A stretch of 63,546 nucleotides of DNA, the filler included, from Reticulomyxa filosa (taxonomy: Eukaryota; Protista; Foraminifera): the NCBI GenBank assembly GCA_000512085.1. It is 19 parts of 19 records of this genome, joined end to end, with 100 filler letters (N's around TTAATTAATTAA, not from the genome) between each part and the next. Parts side by side here need not be neighbours in the genome. Positions count along the whole stretch, not along the records: positions 50,371 to 55,972 come from ASPP01007389.1; positions 56,073 to 58,918 come from ASPP01002771.1; positions 59,019 to 60,278 come from ASPP01045639.1; positions 60,379 to 62,330 come from ASPP01027514.1; positions 62,431 to 63,546 come from ASPP01009618.1; 14 more parts are not named here. One strand, given 5' to 3'. Below, in pieces: positions 50,774 to 62,828 of the stretch. How positions within the stretch are numbered: position 1 is the first letter of the stretch; every line of letters starts with the position of its first letter. Below the pieces are notes generated by a model, which worked only from the letters and a program-made list of their open reading frames with translations, was not told the origin of the DNA and ran no database searches. The translations under genes and the position numbers were made by a program.

Positions 50774-53700
50774 TTATGAGTTTGGCAAAACCGAGTTGGT
50801 GGTAACAGCTTGAGTGGCAACAGTGGTTTGCACAGGAAAAGTGTAATAATTCAACACTCCAACATTTTGATTTAACGTGTTGGTCCACATGGGCGATTGC
50901 ATATTTGAAACGACTCCAAACGTCACCGGTTGATACGGAGTCATCAAATTGGTATCTACGCTCACCACACTCGGTGCTGTTGTGACATTGGGACATCAGC
51001 ACAAATAGCAGATCTTATCCAAAAGCAAAGAGGAAAAAAAGAGGGACTCAACCTGTTGACACCAAATTGGGATTCACCATTGAATTTGTCGAAGCAACAA
51101 CGGTGTTTACAGTATTGTTTATTTTGGAATCCGATGCAATTGTCACATTTTCATTCTTTTATTGTATTGTATTGTATTGTATTGTATTGTGTTGTATTTT
51201 TTTATGAAAACAAAGAGAATGCCAAAAAAAAAAAAAGATTAACTTGTTTCGTTTTCAAAAGCTGCAAAAGTTTTTCACATTGGAGGTCCAATAGAAATGG
51301 ATTCTTCAACAAATTTCGAATTTGGTCTTCGTCTCGCTCATTCATTGTCAGTATCATCCCTGTCAACTTTGCGACATATTGCTGAGGATGTTTCAGCTTT
51401 ATGTACTGATACAATTGGTCGCCGAGTTTCTGTTCGCAACATCAAAAAGGTGCTGTTACGTCCCTCCCCTCCCCCTCCAGACAAAGAAATAACGAAAAAG
51501 AAAACTTGTTGCTCTTGCGTATAGTTTCGCTTGTGTTGTGGCGACGCCCTCTGTGGCGTGATGGTGGTAACCACTGGCTGTTGGTGCAGTGGAGGTATAT
51601 GCACCATTCCATGGGGCGAAGTAGTGTTCACCTTGGAGAATGTACCCGTGTTCACGTATTGACTGGTTTGACTGCTGGTGCTCTATTGTTTCATTTGTTA
51701 TATATTTTAATTTTATGTGTTAATGTATTATATGTTATATGTTATATGTTATATGTTATATGTCTTTTCTTTTTTTAAAAAAATAAAGTACCAAAAGCGG
51801 CACGTTGACAGGCGTGTTCCATAATGGCGTTGGGTATACCCACTCCACGGTGTTGGTGTTGGCGTTGGTCGTGCCGAACAAAGGCGGTGTGGCAGACATG
51901 GTCGGCAAAGAAGTGGCGACAGGACTCCCGCCAATCATAAACGTGTTTGCGAAACTCGTTGGCGAGTAATTCATCCCAATGTTGGCTGTCAGATATTGGC
52001 CCCCGACCATTGCTTGTGGTCCGGTTGTGATTATTGGGATACTGTTATTACTATTGCCGTTATTGTTGTTGCTATTGTTATTGCTGTTACTGTTAGTGTT
52101 GCTATTATTCATGTTATTCATATTGTTAATATTATTGATATTATTAATATTATTAATATTATTGATATTGTTTGTGTGAGTATTGTGATTGTTGTTGGTA
52201 CTGTTATTGTTATTGTTATTGCTATTGTTATTATTACTATTATTATTATTCATGCTGTTGTTATTTTGATTGTTCCCTCCATTATGGCTATGAGAATGGC
52301 TATGAAGAGGTACAGTGTTCATATCATTCGAACTATAGCCTTGGCTTTGGCCTTGGTTGTGAAACTGTACGTTCATTTCGACACATGCATATCAAACACA
52401 TACACACACACACATTTGCGAGTGTTGGAAACAATATGTTCGTTGTTGTTCTCAACTGAATGCATTGATGCTCGATTATTGAAGCTATTTCCTCTTCCTT
52501 TGGTGTTATGCTGTCTATGTCCAAATGCACCTGCGTCACTATATTTATTCATTCATCGTCACATATTGAAATGTTACACAAAACGCAAAGAAACACCATA
52601 ACAAACCCCTCTCTTTTTTTTTTTTGATTGGGTGAAAAGAAAAAAACGAAGCTAAAGAATGGCTTTGGCCATCAACGATTTATTGGAGCCTTGCAGGAAC
52701 AAGCCATGAATCTTTTTCGCGGCTTCTTCCGTGTCTTCGGCATTGATGAACCTTACAAATGCCTCCCCACTTTCCTCATTTACTTTGACATTCGCAACTT
52801 TTGCATACTTGGACAGCATTTTTTCCACATCACTAGACTTCATTGTCAATGGCAAGTTGCGAATTTGCAAACAAAGTCGATTTCTTGGGTCGCCAATATC
52901 ACTTTTTTTTTTATTTCATGTGTATGGTATGTGTTTGTTTGTTACCTCCTCAAATAAAACAAAGGTCTAATGCACATACGTATAATATAATATAATACAT
53001 ATGTATAGATTAAAAATATAAATATGTATATGTATATGTATGCAGGGACGCATTTTATCCAGCAACCCGTCCTCAACTAGAAAGCAAGTCTTACGACCAA
53101 TGGATCTCCTCCTGCCAAGGTTTTATTGTTCAGTCCCCTTATTGCTTTCTGCGCATCTTCTGCATTCACGTATCTATCCAAATGCACATACACATATACA
53201 AACAATATATATACATATATAAAATATATGTATATATGTATGTCGTTATTTTTGTTTTGCGTTTCGTCCTCAATTCAATTGACATGTGATTGCATAAACA
53301 GCAATGACAACAAACTGTTGACTTGATGTGTACATATAAGTCAATCGGTCAATGGCGCATATAGGCCATAAAAGCTAAAAAGAAGAGAAGTAAAAAAAAA
53401 AAAAAGACCTGACAAATGCAATCCCGGATTCATTGACTTTGGCCGAGGAAATTCTCCCGAATTTTCCAAACAGCTCCTCTAAGTCTCGCTGGCTAATTCC
53501 ACGTGGTAAAAACCGGACGTACAGATTATTTCTGTTTTCTTTGTGGGCAGTCTTTTAAAGACAAGCAAGCAAAAAGAAACAAGTATTTAATCTTTTTGCA
53601 ATGTTCATGCAAGATCGAATTACAACAAAAAAAGTGTATAGCAAACTTGGCCCGTTTTGTAATGTTCTGCAGCAGTTTTCCGAGTGGCAAAGCGGACATC

Positions 53701-54767
53701 CAACTGATGGCTCTCGACGACTTTTCCATGCAATGCATCAATAGCCTATTGTATTTTTCATATGAAAGAAGACAAGTGTAAAGTATCCACAATGGCATGT
53801 TAGAACACATAAGAAAGCGAAACGGTAGTGGCTTGAGAATGACCATCCAATCGCACAAAGGCAATACCATTACCAATGATTTTCCACTGCAAGATCTTTC
53901 CAAAAGGCTGAAAGAGAGTGCGCAACTGGTCGTCACTCCAATGGCTGGGCCAATTCCGCACATACACATTGGTGGGCTCCTCGCTTAGCGACGAGACTCG
54001 TCTCTGCAGAAACGACAGCTTCAATTTCACATTTTCATCAAACTTGTAGTCATTGTACACTTTCCACGCCCGTTGGCAGTCGTCCGGGTTTTCATACTGC
54101 ACTCGGCAAGAGCTCTCTGTTCCATTCTCGCCTTTCACAAATTCCAATTCCTTCACTTTCCCCACCTGACTAAACATTTCTCGTACTTGCTCTTCTCCAT
54201 AAGTCCTTTTTTTTTTTATTTATTAAAAAAAAAAAAATGAACCTCGCACCGAGCAAACAAAAAAAAAAAAAAAAAAAATTTTTATTTAACGAGGGAAAAT
54301 TGGTAGCATATAAAGTGCCATCGTGGGTATTCGTATCTCTTCCTCGATGGTACATTGACCAGACGCTGTCGTTGTTGGAACGGGTATCTCTTCCTCCACT
54401 CTCTTCGTCTGCTTGTTGCTCTTGCTTTGTTCCTTGCTCCGCAATTGCTGGGGTCGATTGCGATGCCGAGGACAAGACGAGGACGAGGACGAGGACGAGG
54501 ACAATGGCTGGATGATCAACGACTGAAATGAAGATAATTCGACTGGTGCTTCAAAGTGACTCTTATCTCCTGGTTCTCTTTCCTCCGTTTTGTCCGTGTT
54601 TTTCAGACGCTCAAGTCCTTCTACTTCACTCTTGGATGCTCCCTCACTACTTGTCTTGTTTGTCCCGTTCCCGTTCCATTGCGTCTTCTTTTCTTCCTTG
54701 CTGTTGTCTTCCTTCTGTTCCCAGGTCGTTGTGCTCATTGGCTGTTCCAAAAAAAAAAATATACCAT
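50774..54767 (-). CDS. Divergent poly(A)-binding-protein-like protein (4 RRM + MLLE/PABC-like), multi-exon
   Basis: RRMs at TLYATNFP, TNVYVRNWP...GIAFVRL, NNLYVRFLP...GIAFVR and NLPLTM...GEAFVRF. Poly-Asn linker. MLLE-like KLGDQLYQYIKLKHPQQYVAKLTGMILTM. Confidence 0.75.
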
Positions 54768-55414
54768 TGTGCTAGAGACTCCTTTTTTTTGCTTGTTTTT
54801 TCTTTTTTTTTTTTTGTGTTTCTTTTTAGTTTTAGTTTATTTGTTTGGTTTGATTTTGGTCTTATATATAATCTCCACGGCACTGATACAGCGATAGTGA
54901 TAGCCGATATGTCTTTATATATGCTCACAAATCAATCCCAAACGACAAAATGAGAAGCTGAATTGTCCCTCGTGATAAAAATTTCTTAAAAAATTTTCCT
55001 TGTCCGTCAAGTCCAAATTATTTTCTTCCGACTGCGTATTTCTCAATAAAAAGAAAAGATAAGCTACGCTTTATCTTCAATTTTATTTTAAAAATATGAT
55101 AGAATATCTAAAAACACAACATTGTTCAGTATTATACGTAGGATAATTAAGAGTAAGTTAAGACAATCAAAAAATCCATATCATCGAAGTTAAAGTCTAT
55201 CAAACATGTGCGTCGAACTGAATTTTTTTCAAGATTTAGTAATATATTCTGAACATATGATTGTCCGTAAGTAGGTCAACCCATGAAATTAACACAAAGC
55301 AGGTCGATCTTTAGACAAAGAGAAGATTTTGTATAACTAAGTAAATCCAAACAATTAACATATTTCAAAATTGGAGCGCATAAAACAGGACAATAGTGCA
55401 TAAATAACAATAGA

Positions 55415-55972
55415 ATGAGTGACCAGCCACCTCCTTTGAAGTAATTATCGTTTCTAGCTAAAAGCGCAGGTGCACAAAACTTGTGAAAGTCGAAGTCGAA
55501 TACTTGGAGTTGTGACTCTCAATCAAAGAGTTAACTGGTAATCCGGCACCTTTCACGAGCAGTATACAAAGATTATTGTTTAATAATGAAGTTGTGCTCT
55601 TGTGTATGTATTGCACGGCAATATTTTTGAACGAAGGAAGCTAAAGAGGGAAAAAAGCACACATACACAGAGAAACGTGCTTGAATTTGTTGTGAGTGGC
55701 GTAGTTTTTTATCCAGTTTTTTTGGAAGTAGCCCGTCTGATGGCAGCCTGCCATCAGGGACGACGATAGTAGTGAATAAAATGATAATAACCATTCAGCA
55801 AAAGCTAGGGGAAGGGGGTTTCGGCATGGTGTATTTGGCGACTCACAAAAACAGTAAATACGTTAAGATATTGCGGTCCCTTTCCACTCTACCACTGCAA
55901 AAAAAAAAAAAAAAAAATTCAACAAAATAAAAAAAGGACGGTGAAGCATTGCCGTTGTCTTACCCGCGAGCA
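55415..55972 (+). CDS. Protein kinase N-terminal fragment
   Basis: IQQKLGEGGFGMVYLA (Gly-rich loop, ~55793-55850) followed by a splice donor. The upstream exon structure is uncertain. Confidence 0.6.
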
Positions 55973-56235
55973 NNNNNNNNNNNNNNNNNNNNNNNNNNNN
56001 NNNNNNNNNNNNNNNNTTAATTAATTAANNNNNNNNNNNNNNNNNNNNNNNNNNNNNNNNNNNNNNNNNNNNTTTTTAAAAAATTAGGTTTAAATCTTGA
56101 TTTTTCATGAAGAAAATCGATTCTCTTCGTACAAGCGCCATTTAGGTATGACAATTTTTTCTGCAATGTAGATATTTTTTTTAAGATGAAAAAAAATTTT
56201 GATTAAATGTTGTTTTTTCATGGAGAAACACAATC

Positions 56236-56287
56236 ATCTCTATAAGGTGGCATTTTAGGTGTCAACTTTCTTTTTTATCTTAATGTA
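56236..56287. mobile_element. Degenerate copy of the terminal repeat at 29690-29741
   Basis: ATCTCTATAAGGTGGCATTTTAGGTGTCAAC...AATGTA aligns without gaps to 29690-29741. Confidence 0.5.
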
Positions 56288-56642
56288 ATTATTGATTGCT
56301 GTTTTTCAGATACAACTTAATTTGGATCGTTTTTGACTAAAAAATGTTTTGAAAGAGATATAAATGTGGAAATGAAAAGAAAATGAATGATAAGCCATTT
56401 TCATAATACTTTCAACAAATAGAATTAGTATGAATTGTTTTATTGATTATAATTTATTGTTACCCCAAATACGAATAAGATCATTAATGGACTATACATA
56501 GACTAATATTCTTCTCTCTTTTTTAATTGTAAAAATTTAAGACAATATATTCCATTATCTTCTTTGTTATTCCTTTATAATTTTTATTTTAGGCTTGGTT
56601 GAAAGAAATTTTTAGAGACAAGCTGGACGTAGAAATAGAAAA

Positions 56643-58290
56643 GTGTCAGAAGAGCGAAAACAACTCCGATTTTTTTTAGTACAAAACAAAATCCACGACA
56701 TATATTTGCATACGAGCTCCTTAGATGAAATTTTGCCAATGGCTGTGCAAGTACATATAATTTCTTTCTTGGACCATAATTCTTTTGAAAATTTGCATTT
56801 GCTGTCTTTTTCTTTAACAAAAAAATAAAAAAGTATACGTTAGAATTCTTTAATTTCAAAGAAAGAACATCAATATTCGGACAGTGATTGGAGGCGGAAG
56901 GTGTCAGGTTGGAAAAAATTAATTCAAGATGGAGGGAATCCGTTTGAGAAATTTGATCAATATAATTACGATCAAATGATGGAATCAAATCCTGGGTGTA
57001 TTTCATATTCTTTGCTTTTATCTCAAGATTTACAATTTAAGAAAACATCATCTCCTTGCTTTTGGATGACCTTTGCTGGATTAATGCAAAAATGCTCTGT
57101 TGCACCCCTAAACGTTTAGTTTTTTGTCATCGATATGAGTATTTGAAACATCCAGAAATCGAACAATGGCCTGGATTGAGTGAACGTTCCGAACTTGGGG
57201 AAGGTTTTCTTTTTCTTGCAAAACAATTATAAAAAAAAAACAAAACTTTGATGCATACACATATACAGTAGAGGACTGGAAGTGCTTAGGAAAGGACGTG
57301 CATAAGTATATACTTAACTTGAGATACGATACTACAGAAGTACAATATTTTTATGATCACATCCTTTGTCTGCGAGAATGGTTAGAGTCTTTGTATAGCA
57401 CTTCCACCAAATTTCGGTTTGGTTCGAGCGTTTCACAAACTTTGAAATAAAAATAAATAAAAAACAAGATTTAGTTGTTATGTACAAGGACAAGAAAAAT
57501 GAAAAAAGATCGTAGTAAATATTGGGATGATAAAAATAACAATTCTGCAAGTGATAATAATTTTGTTGACAAAAATGACTATGTGCAAATATCATCTTCA
57601 TCATTCGGAAGAGCGTGATTGTTCAGAAATTAAATTTCTTAATCATTTTATATCTTCTTGTCCGAACTTGTTGGCATTTTATTACATTAGTGAAAGCAAT
57701 AGATCAGAGGATATATTCGAAATTCCATCTAATCTAGAGTGGTTGATTATATACAGCACGCGAGAACAAGATGAACGACAATCTGTCAACTAGACTTAAG
57801 TCAATGGCTTAAGTTTAAGTTTTTTTAGTTGTGCAAAAAAAGAAAAAATTTAATTTATCAAAAAAAAAAGATTGTATCCATTCTTTTGCCAAATGGCCGA
57901 CGGAAACAATACTAAAAATGGTTGGTTAAAAATTGAACAGTTAGAAGGCATTGAATACTGGAATGATTTGTTATCATCTACTACAAAATGTTGCGATGTG
58001 CAACTCTACCAAACAGGACTATACACGATTTGACATCAGATAACTTGATCTTTCCTATCACACATCAATCTCTTTTTAGTAGTGCACAAACAATTGTTGG
58101 AAAACTAGGAATGGATTTCGGAGATGCTGAAAAATTACTATGTCATTCGAGTGACAATGATAAATTCCAGAGATCAAGACTTTTTCAAAAGGTTGTCAAT
58201 ATTATGGGGACTAAAAATACCAAAGTGGAAAAATATCAAAGATGGTTTGATATTGACGAGGCTAGTTGGATACTCGATTTGTTCTGTTAA
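56643..58290 (+). pseudogene. Fragmented gene of unknown family
   Basis: A chain of short same-strand ORFs (56643, 56901, 57527, 57988) broken by stops, shifts and intron-like tracts. Confidence 0.35.
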
Positions 58291-59249
58291 GATCTTGTAA
58301 AACTTAAAACTTTCCATTTCAACAATAAGTCATAAATCCACATTTAACATAAAAATACAGCGGAATGTAAAAAAAAAGTGGATCTATTATAGATTATCGA
58401 TTTGTCCAACGACGAAACAGTTAAACTTAATTTTTTTCAGTTTTAAAAAAATATCAACGAACTATAATTTTGATTTTACTAATTATTTAAAAAATTTGAA
58501 CCAAAAAGTTGACAATAATACTTTTTTTCAAAATAAACATTTTGCATATTGTAACAATCTTAGAAAATAAAAAAGAACATTCGTATTTAATGATAATTAA
58601 TAAAGCCTTAAAAATTATTCGTTCATTTTTTAATAATTTATAAATATGCAACAATATTGAGTAAAAAAACATATGAATGCATTTAATTGAATGAAAACAT
58701 GAAAATAAGTCACAATGAACATGAATAAAGGTATTGGTGAAAAGAAAAAAAAAGCCAATATTAAGCATCAGTTATAAAAATTTTAAAAAGTAGTTATTGA
58801 ATCAATGCAAACAAAAATATAAATTTAACAAACAAATATGTCATCAATAAAAATATTTTTGGCAAAGCAAATAAAGGGCATTAAAAAATATTTAAAAAAA
58901 AAGCAAAGGAAGGAAAAANNNNNNNNNNNNNNNNNNNNNNNNNNNNNNNNNNNNNNNNNNNNTTAATTAATTAANNNNNNNNNNNNNNNNNNNNNNNNNN
59001 NNNNNNNNNNNNNNNNNNTCAAATGTACCATATACTTTCCATTCCAGAACATTGCCATTACATACATACTATCACATGATTGAACAAAGTAACTGGTGTT
59101 AAAGTGAGAAAGTCAACATTAAAGAACATCATTTAGACATTAGCACACTCTTTTCACAGAACGAAAATCTTTACATTTTTTAGAGAAGATAAACAGGAAG
59201 CATGCGAAGAAGATGACAACATGAAAAATTTTTTTTTTAGAAAAGTTTT

Positions 59250-59572
59250 GGAGGGGTCTGTAGCCGGCCCCTAGGCCTCCTCTGCCACGACCTCGGGGCA
59301 GGACTAGAAGTGAGGGAAGGGGTCTACCAATAAAATTGATAGTTACTCCTCGGAGCAAGCTCCTGCTCCCCTAGTTACTAGTAAGGAGAGCCTCCCTTAT
59401 TATATGTCTCATAAAGAAACATATCGTCGGGGAGGCACAAAAATATTTGTAAATAGGCTACCAGGCCATGTTAGATGAATGGTCTGACATAATGGTCTTG
59501 TGGTATGCCAATATTTTTTTGAATAATATTTGCGATCGGGTTATCCATACCGCGCAAAGTCAAGTTCTTTTT
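59250..59572. ncRNA. Candidate structured RNA or short retroposed element (unassigned)
   Basis: GC island (84/150 GC at 59251-59400) made of successive stem-loops. See findings. Confidence 0.35.
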
Positions 59573-59799
59573 AGTCTCAAAATTATTCAAAAAGTGCATC
59601 AATAACAAATTTTGTCTTCACTTAGAAAGATGTCCAATTTTTTGTTTACCAGAATTGTGAAAGTTATATTCTAAATTAATTTCGAGCGAGCAAAAAAAAA
59701 ATTGATAATCATGAAAACATAAAAGAATAAGAACAAATAAAAATATAAAAAAAACAAGAGCTAATCCATCAGGTAATAAAATACGTATTAAAAAGACCA

Positions 59800-60278
59800 G
59801 CAAAAAAAAGGGGTCAAGACAGGTTTCAGGATTGTCAATGTAATGTCCTCTATCGTGTTTGAACATGTAATTCTTGGAAAATTCTTTGGTTTTGCAAATG
59901 GCAACAATGCTGATATTGGATTTGGACAAAGGTGGTTGTTGATCGTCTCGATAACTACATAATGCTACAAATATTGTCTCTTTGTCTCCCCAATCTTTAT
60001 ACACTTTTGTCATTTGAACTTTTTCGTGATATATCCTTTGCACTTTTTCCATGCCGAAAATGTAATGGTATATCCCCTTCTTTTTGTTATTTGTCATTGA
60101 CTTCTTTTCTTTTTGCCAATCATCTTGTCTTTCTTTTGATATGTTCAGTCTCTTCCATAAGTATCTTTGTAACAATGCCAAATTGTGATTGTTACGCTCT
60201 TGCTTGTATCTGCTACTATCATTACTACTTCCACCCAGACTTTCTATTTGCATTGCTATGTCTTGTCGCAAACAGCTC
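59800..60278 (-). pseudogene. Glycosyltransferase GT60 (Gnt1-like GlcNAc transferase) remnant
   Basis: ETIFVALCSYRD resembles the GT60 N-terminal TIFVSIASYRD motif. Similarity breaks down immediately afterwards. Confidence 0.45.
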
Positions 60279-60378
60279 NNNNNNNNNNNNNNNNNNNNNN
60301 NNNNNNNNNNNNNNNNNNNNNNTTAATTAATTAANNNNNNNNNNNNNNNNNNNNNNNNNNNNNNNNNNNNNNNNNNNN

Positions 60379-60761
60379 TGGATCAAATGAATTATTGAAT
60401 ACAATATTATCTGGATCAGATGTATTCGTTTGTGGGATATTCGATCTGTTCAACAAATTCAAGTGTTTAATGGGCATACAGATCGTGTATGGTCTGTTGA
60501 ATTTTCATCATTTGTAATAAAGAATAGTACTGGTAATTCAAATGTGATATGTTCTGGATCATTTGATAATACAATTCGTTTTGGGATATTCGATCAAATA
60601 AGAATGAATTGTATATGATCAAAGGACATGATGAAGAAGATTGTGGAATATATTGTCTTAAATTTATTGGATTGAAAAAAAAAGATAAGACAAGGAATGA
60701 TAAATATAATATGAATTTGTGTTATGGTTCATATGGAGGTCCCATTCATATTTGGGGATAA
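60379..60761 (+). pseudogene. WD40-repeat family member, 3' fragment with frameshifts
   Basis: IRLWDIRSVQQIQVFNGHTDRVWSVEFS...ICSGSFDNTIRF, then a frameshift to DIRSNKNELYMIKG...LCYGSYGGPIHIWG*. Confidence 0.85.
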
Positions 60762-61419
60762 TTTACTTTTTTGTCGAATAAGAAATTAAGGTGTTTTTGT
60801 TTGATTAAAAGAAAAGTAAAGTGATATTAAACTTATTTGATTTGATTGAATGCAACATTGAAAGATGTGTTTTATCTTACTTTGTCGTTTATAAAAATTG
60901 AAATAATTACGTTAAATGTTTTTTAAAGAATTCAAAAGCATAATAAATAAAAATTGTATTCAAATATCAAAATAAATTGCAAGATATTTCAGTATTGTTT
61001 CATTCATTGCAAATCAATACTAATTTTTAAATTTTTTTATTTATTTATCTTTGCTATAGTATCGAACACTCAAAACAGGATAAAGTAAAAAGGACAACAG
61101 TGTGCATTATCAAAAATAATATTTTCCTAAAGCAAGATATGAATTTTACATTACTTGCGCATGTAAATTTTGTGAAACCCTCGTAAAAACTCAATCTATT
61201 TTTAAATATTTCTATTTCAAATATAAAAAACAGCACATTCAACATAAGTCAATATTCGAAACAAGTCAAATTATTTTATTTTATTAGTTTTTTCTTTTCT
61301 TTTATGTGCAGAAGTTATTTTTAATCAATTTAACAAAAAAAGGGAAAAGAGAGTAAATTTCATAATTATGGGACTGACACACATGAAGTAATTGTTGAAT
61401 TGATTTGATTTGTTTGACA

Positions 61420-61742
61420 TATCTAATGGCACTTACATATTTCATCACCAATGCATGTTTATACCATCCGCCAAAAGACAACAAAGTGATTTGGTTGCTG
61501 TCTTTATTGCTATCTACCAGTTTCACTACACAGTATCCTTCAATTGAACATCGCTTGGATACTCACAAATAAATTCGTATTCGTTTTTGAGTGCATCATA
61601 CGAATAGCAAGCTCTTTGTTGAACCTCCACAAATAAGGAGTTCATGTTTATGTTGCACACATTGAACTTAATAAACTCCTTCAAAGTTTGAAAGTATGTA
61701 ATAAGATGTTTAATAGGCTTATGTTGTATTTCGATTACCCAT
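61420..61742 (-). pseudogene. Kelch-like repeat family pseudogene
   Basis: MGNRNTT*, then CVQHKHELLICGG, RACYSY..LKNEYEFICEYPSDV and VKLVD...ITLLSFGG..KHALVMKYVS, in shifting frames. Confidence 0.65.
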
Positions 61743-62555
61743 GTTGTAGTTTTTTAAAAAGGGAGGACGTGGCATGACCTTTTGACAACAAAAAAATTAT
61801 TTTACATTGTAACAAATTATTTGAGCAAAAATCTTTGCTGCGAATTATTATTTAAACGGAAGAAAAAAAGTGTGAAATGGCTTTTTATTTTTTAGATTTG
61901 CGTAAATTCGTTCAATTTTTTATAATTTTCGAATAGTTAATTGATATTTATGAATTTAAACAATACGTAAGTTCAACACTCTAACGTGATAGTACAACCG
62001 CAAAAGTGTATTTCACTAATTTAAAAAACTTGATTTAGTCCAGTTATTTTATTCAAAGTATAAATATTCAAATCCTTTTTCCAAAGTTCATAAGTACTTC
62101 AACATCTATTGTGTAAGTAATTTTATCACTTGACGTTATCAAATTTAAATTTTAATCTTGTCAATTCAAAGCAAAGATCAAAAATGTAATCACATTGAAT
62201 CAAAACATAATAAATTTGATCGATTGTCATTGAAGACATTTTTAGATGAAAAAATTTAATCTCTTTGCCTTTTATGATCGATTGGAATTAACAAAAAAAC
62301 ACATACATATTCACAGTTTGTCACAATACTNNNNNNNNNNNNNNNNNNNNNNNNNNNNNNNNNNNNNNNNNNNNTTAATTAATTAANNNNNNNNNNNNNN
62401 NNNNNNNNNNNNNNNNNNNNNNNNNNNNNNGGCCTAACCGGCGGTGAGGCTGCCAGTGCAAGACATGCGATAGCTATAAAGCATAATGGATTTGTGCTTG
62501 CTGCTCATCTGTTCAACGCCACACGATTTGCTGCCACAGTGCCGCCAAATCCCGC

Positions 62556-62584
62556 TTGCCAACGCGGCTACCGGCAACGATAAT
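62556..62584 (+). promoter_or_regulatory. Sigma70-like promoter
   Basis: TTGCCA (62556-62561), a 17-nt spacer, then GATAAT (62579-62584), directly upstream of the riboswitch. Confidence 0.6.
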
Positions 62585-62593
62585 GCGCGCATT

Positions 62594-62788
62594 CCGCAGG
62601 AGAGAGCGGTTTGCCCGCCGGGCAGAACCGCCGCCGAAGGCGCAAGTGCACCCGCAATCGCTCAGGCAAAAGGACTGCAAGAATCGGGGTTTTCCCCGCA
62701 GAATCTGGAGAGCGGCGCACAGGATGCGCCCACCGAAGGGGCTAACGGCGCAACGCCGGAAAATCTCAGGTGCAGGGACAGAGGGGTG
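62594..62788 (+). promoter_or_regulatory. Tandem glycine riboswitch (two aptamers)
   Basis: Aptamer 1: GCAGGAGAG...CGCCGAAGGCGCAA...CGCTCAGGCAAAAGGACTGC. Aptamer 2: TCTGGAGAG...CACCGAAGGGG...TCTCAGGT...GGACAGAGG. Located upstream of gcvT. Confidence 0.95.
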
Positions 62789-62828
62789 TGAGAAACAGAG
62801 GAAACTCACGCTCGTACAAGGACCTGCC

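Noticed and set aside
59253-59323. HDV-like ribozyme fold (GGGTC-GT/ACGACCT as P1, GGC-CTCCTCT-GCC as P3/L3)
   Set aside because: The L3 guanine and the catalytic C-R-A-A strand before P2' are missing. Kept only as part of the unassigned structured island.
3014-62430. Regularly recurring TTAATTAATTAA flanked by Ns as a biological repeat or CRISPR-like array
   Set aside because: It is an identical 100-nt construct with six-frame stops, i.e. a contig-joining linker. No operon or cluster inference was made across linkers.
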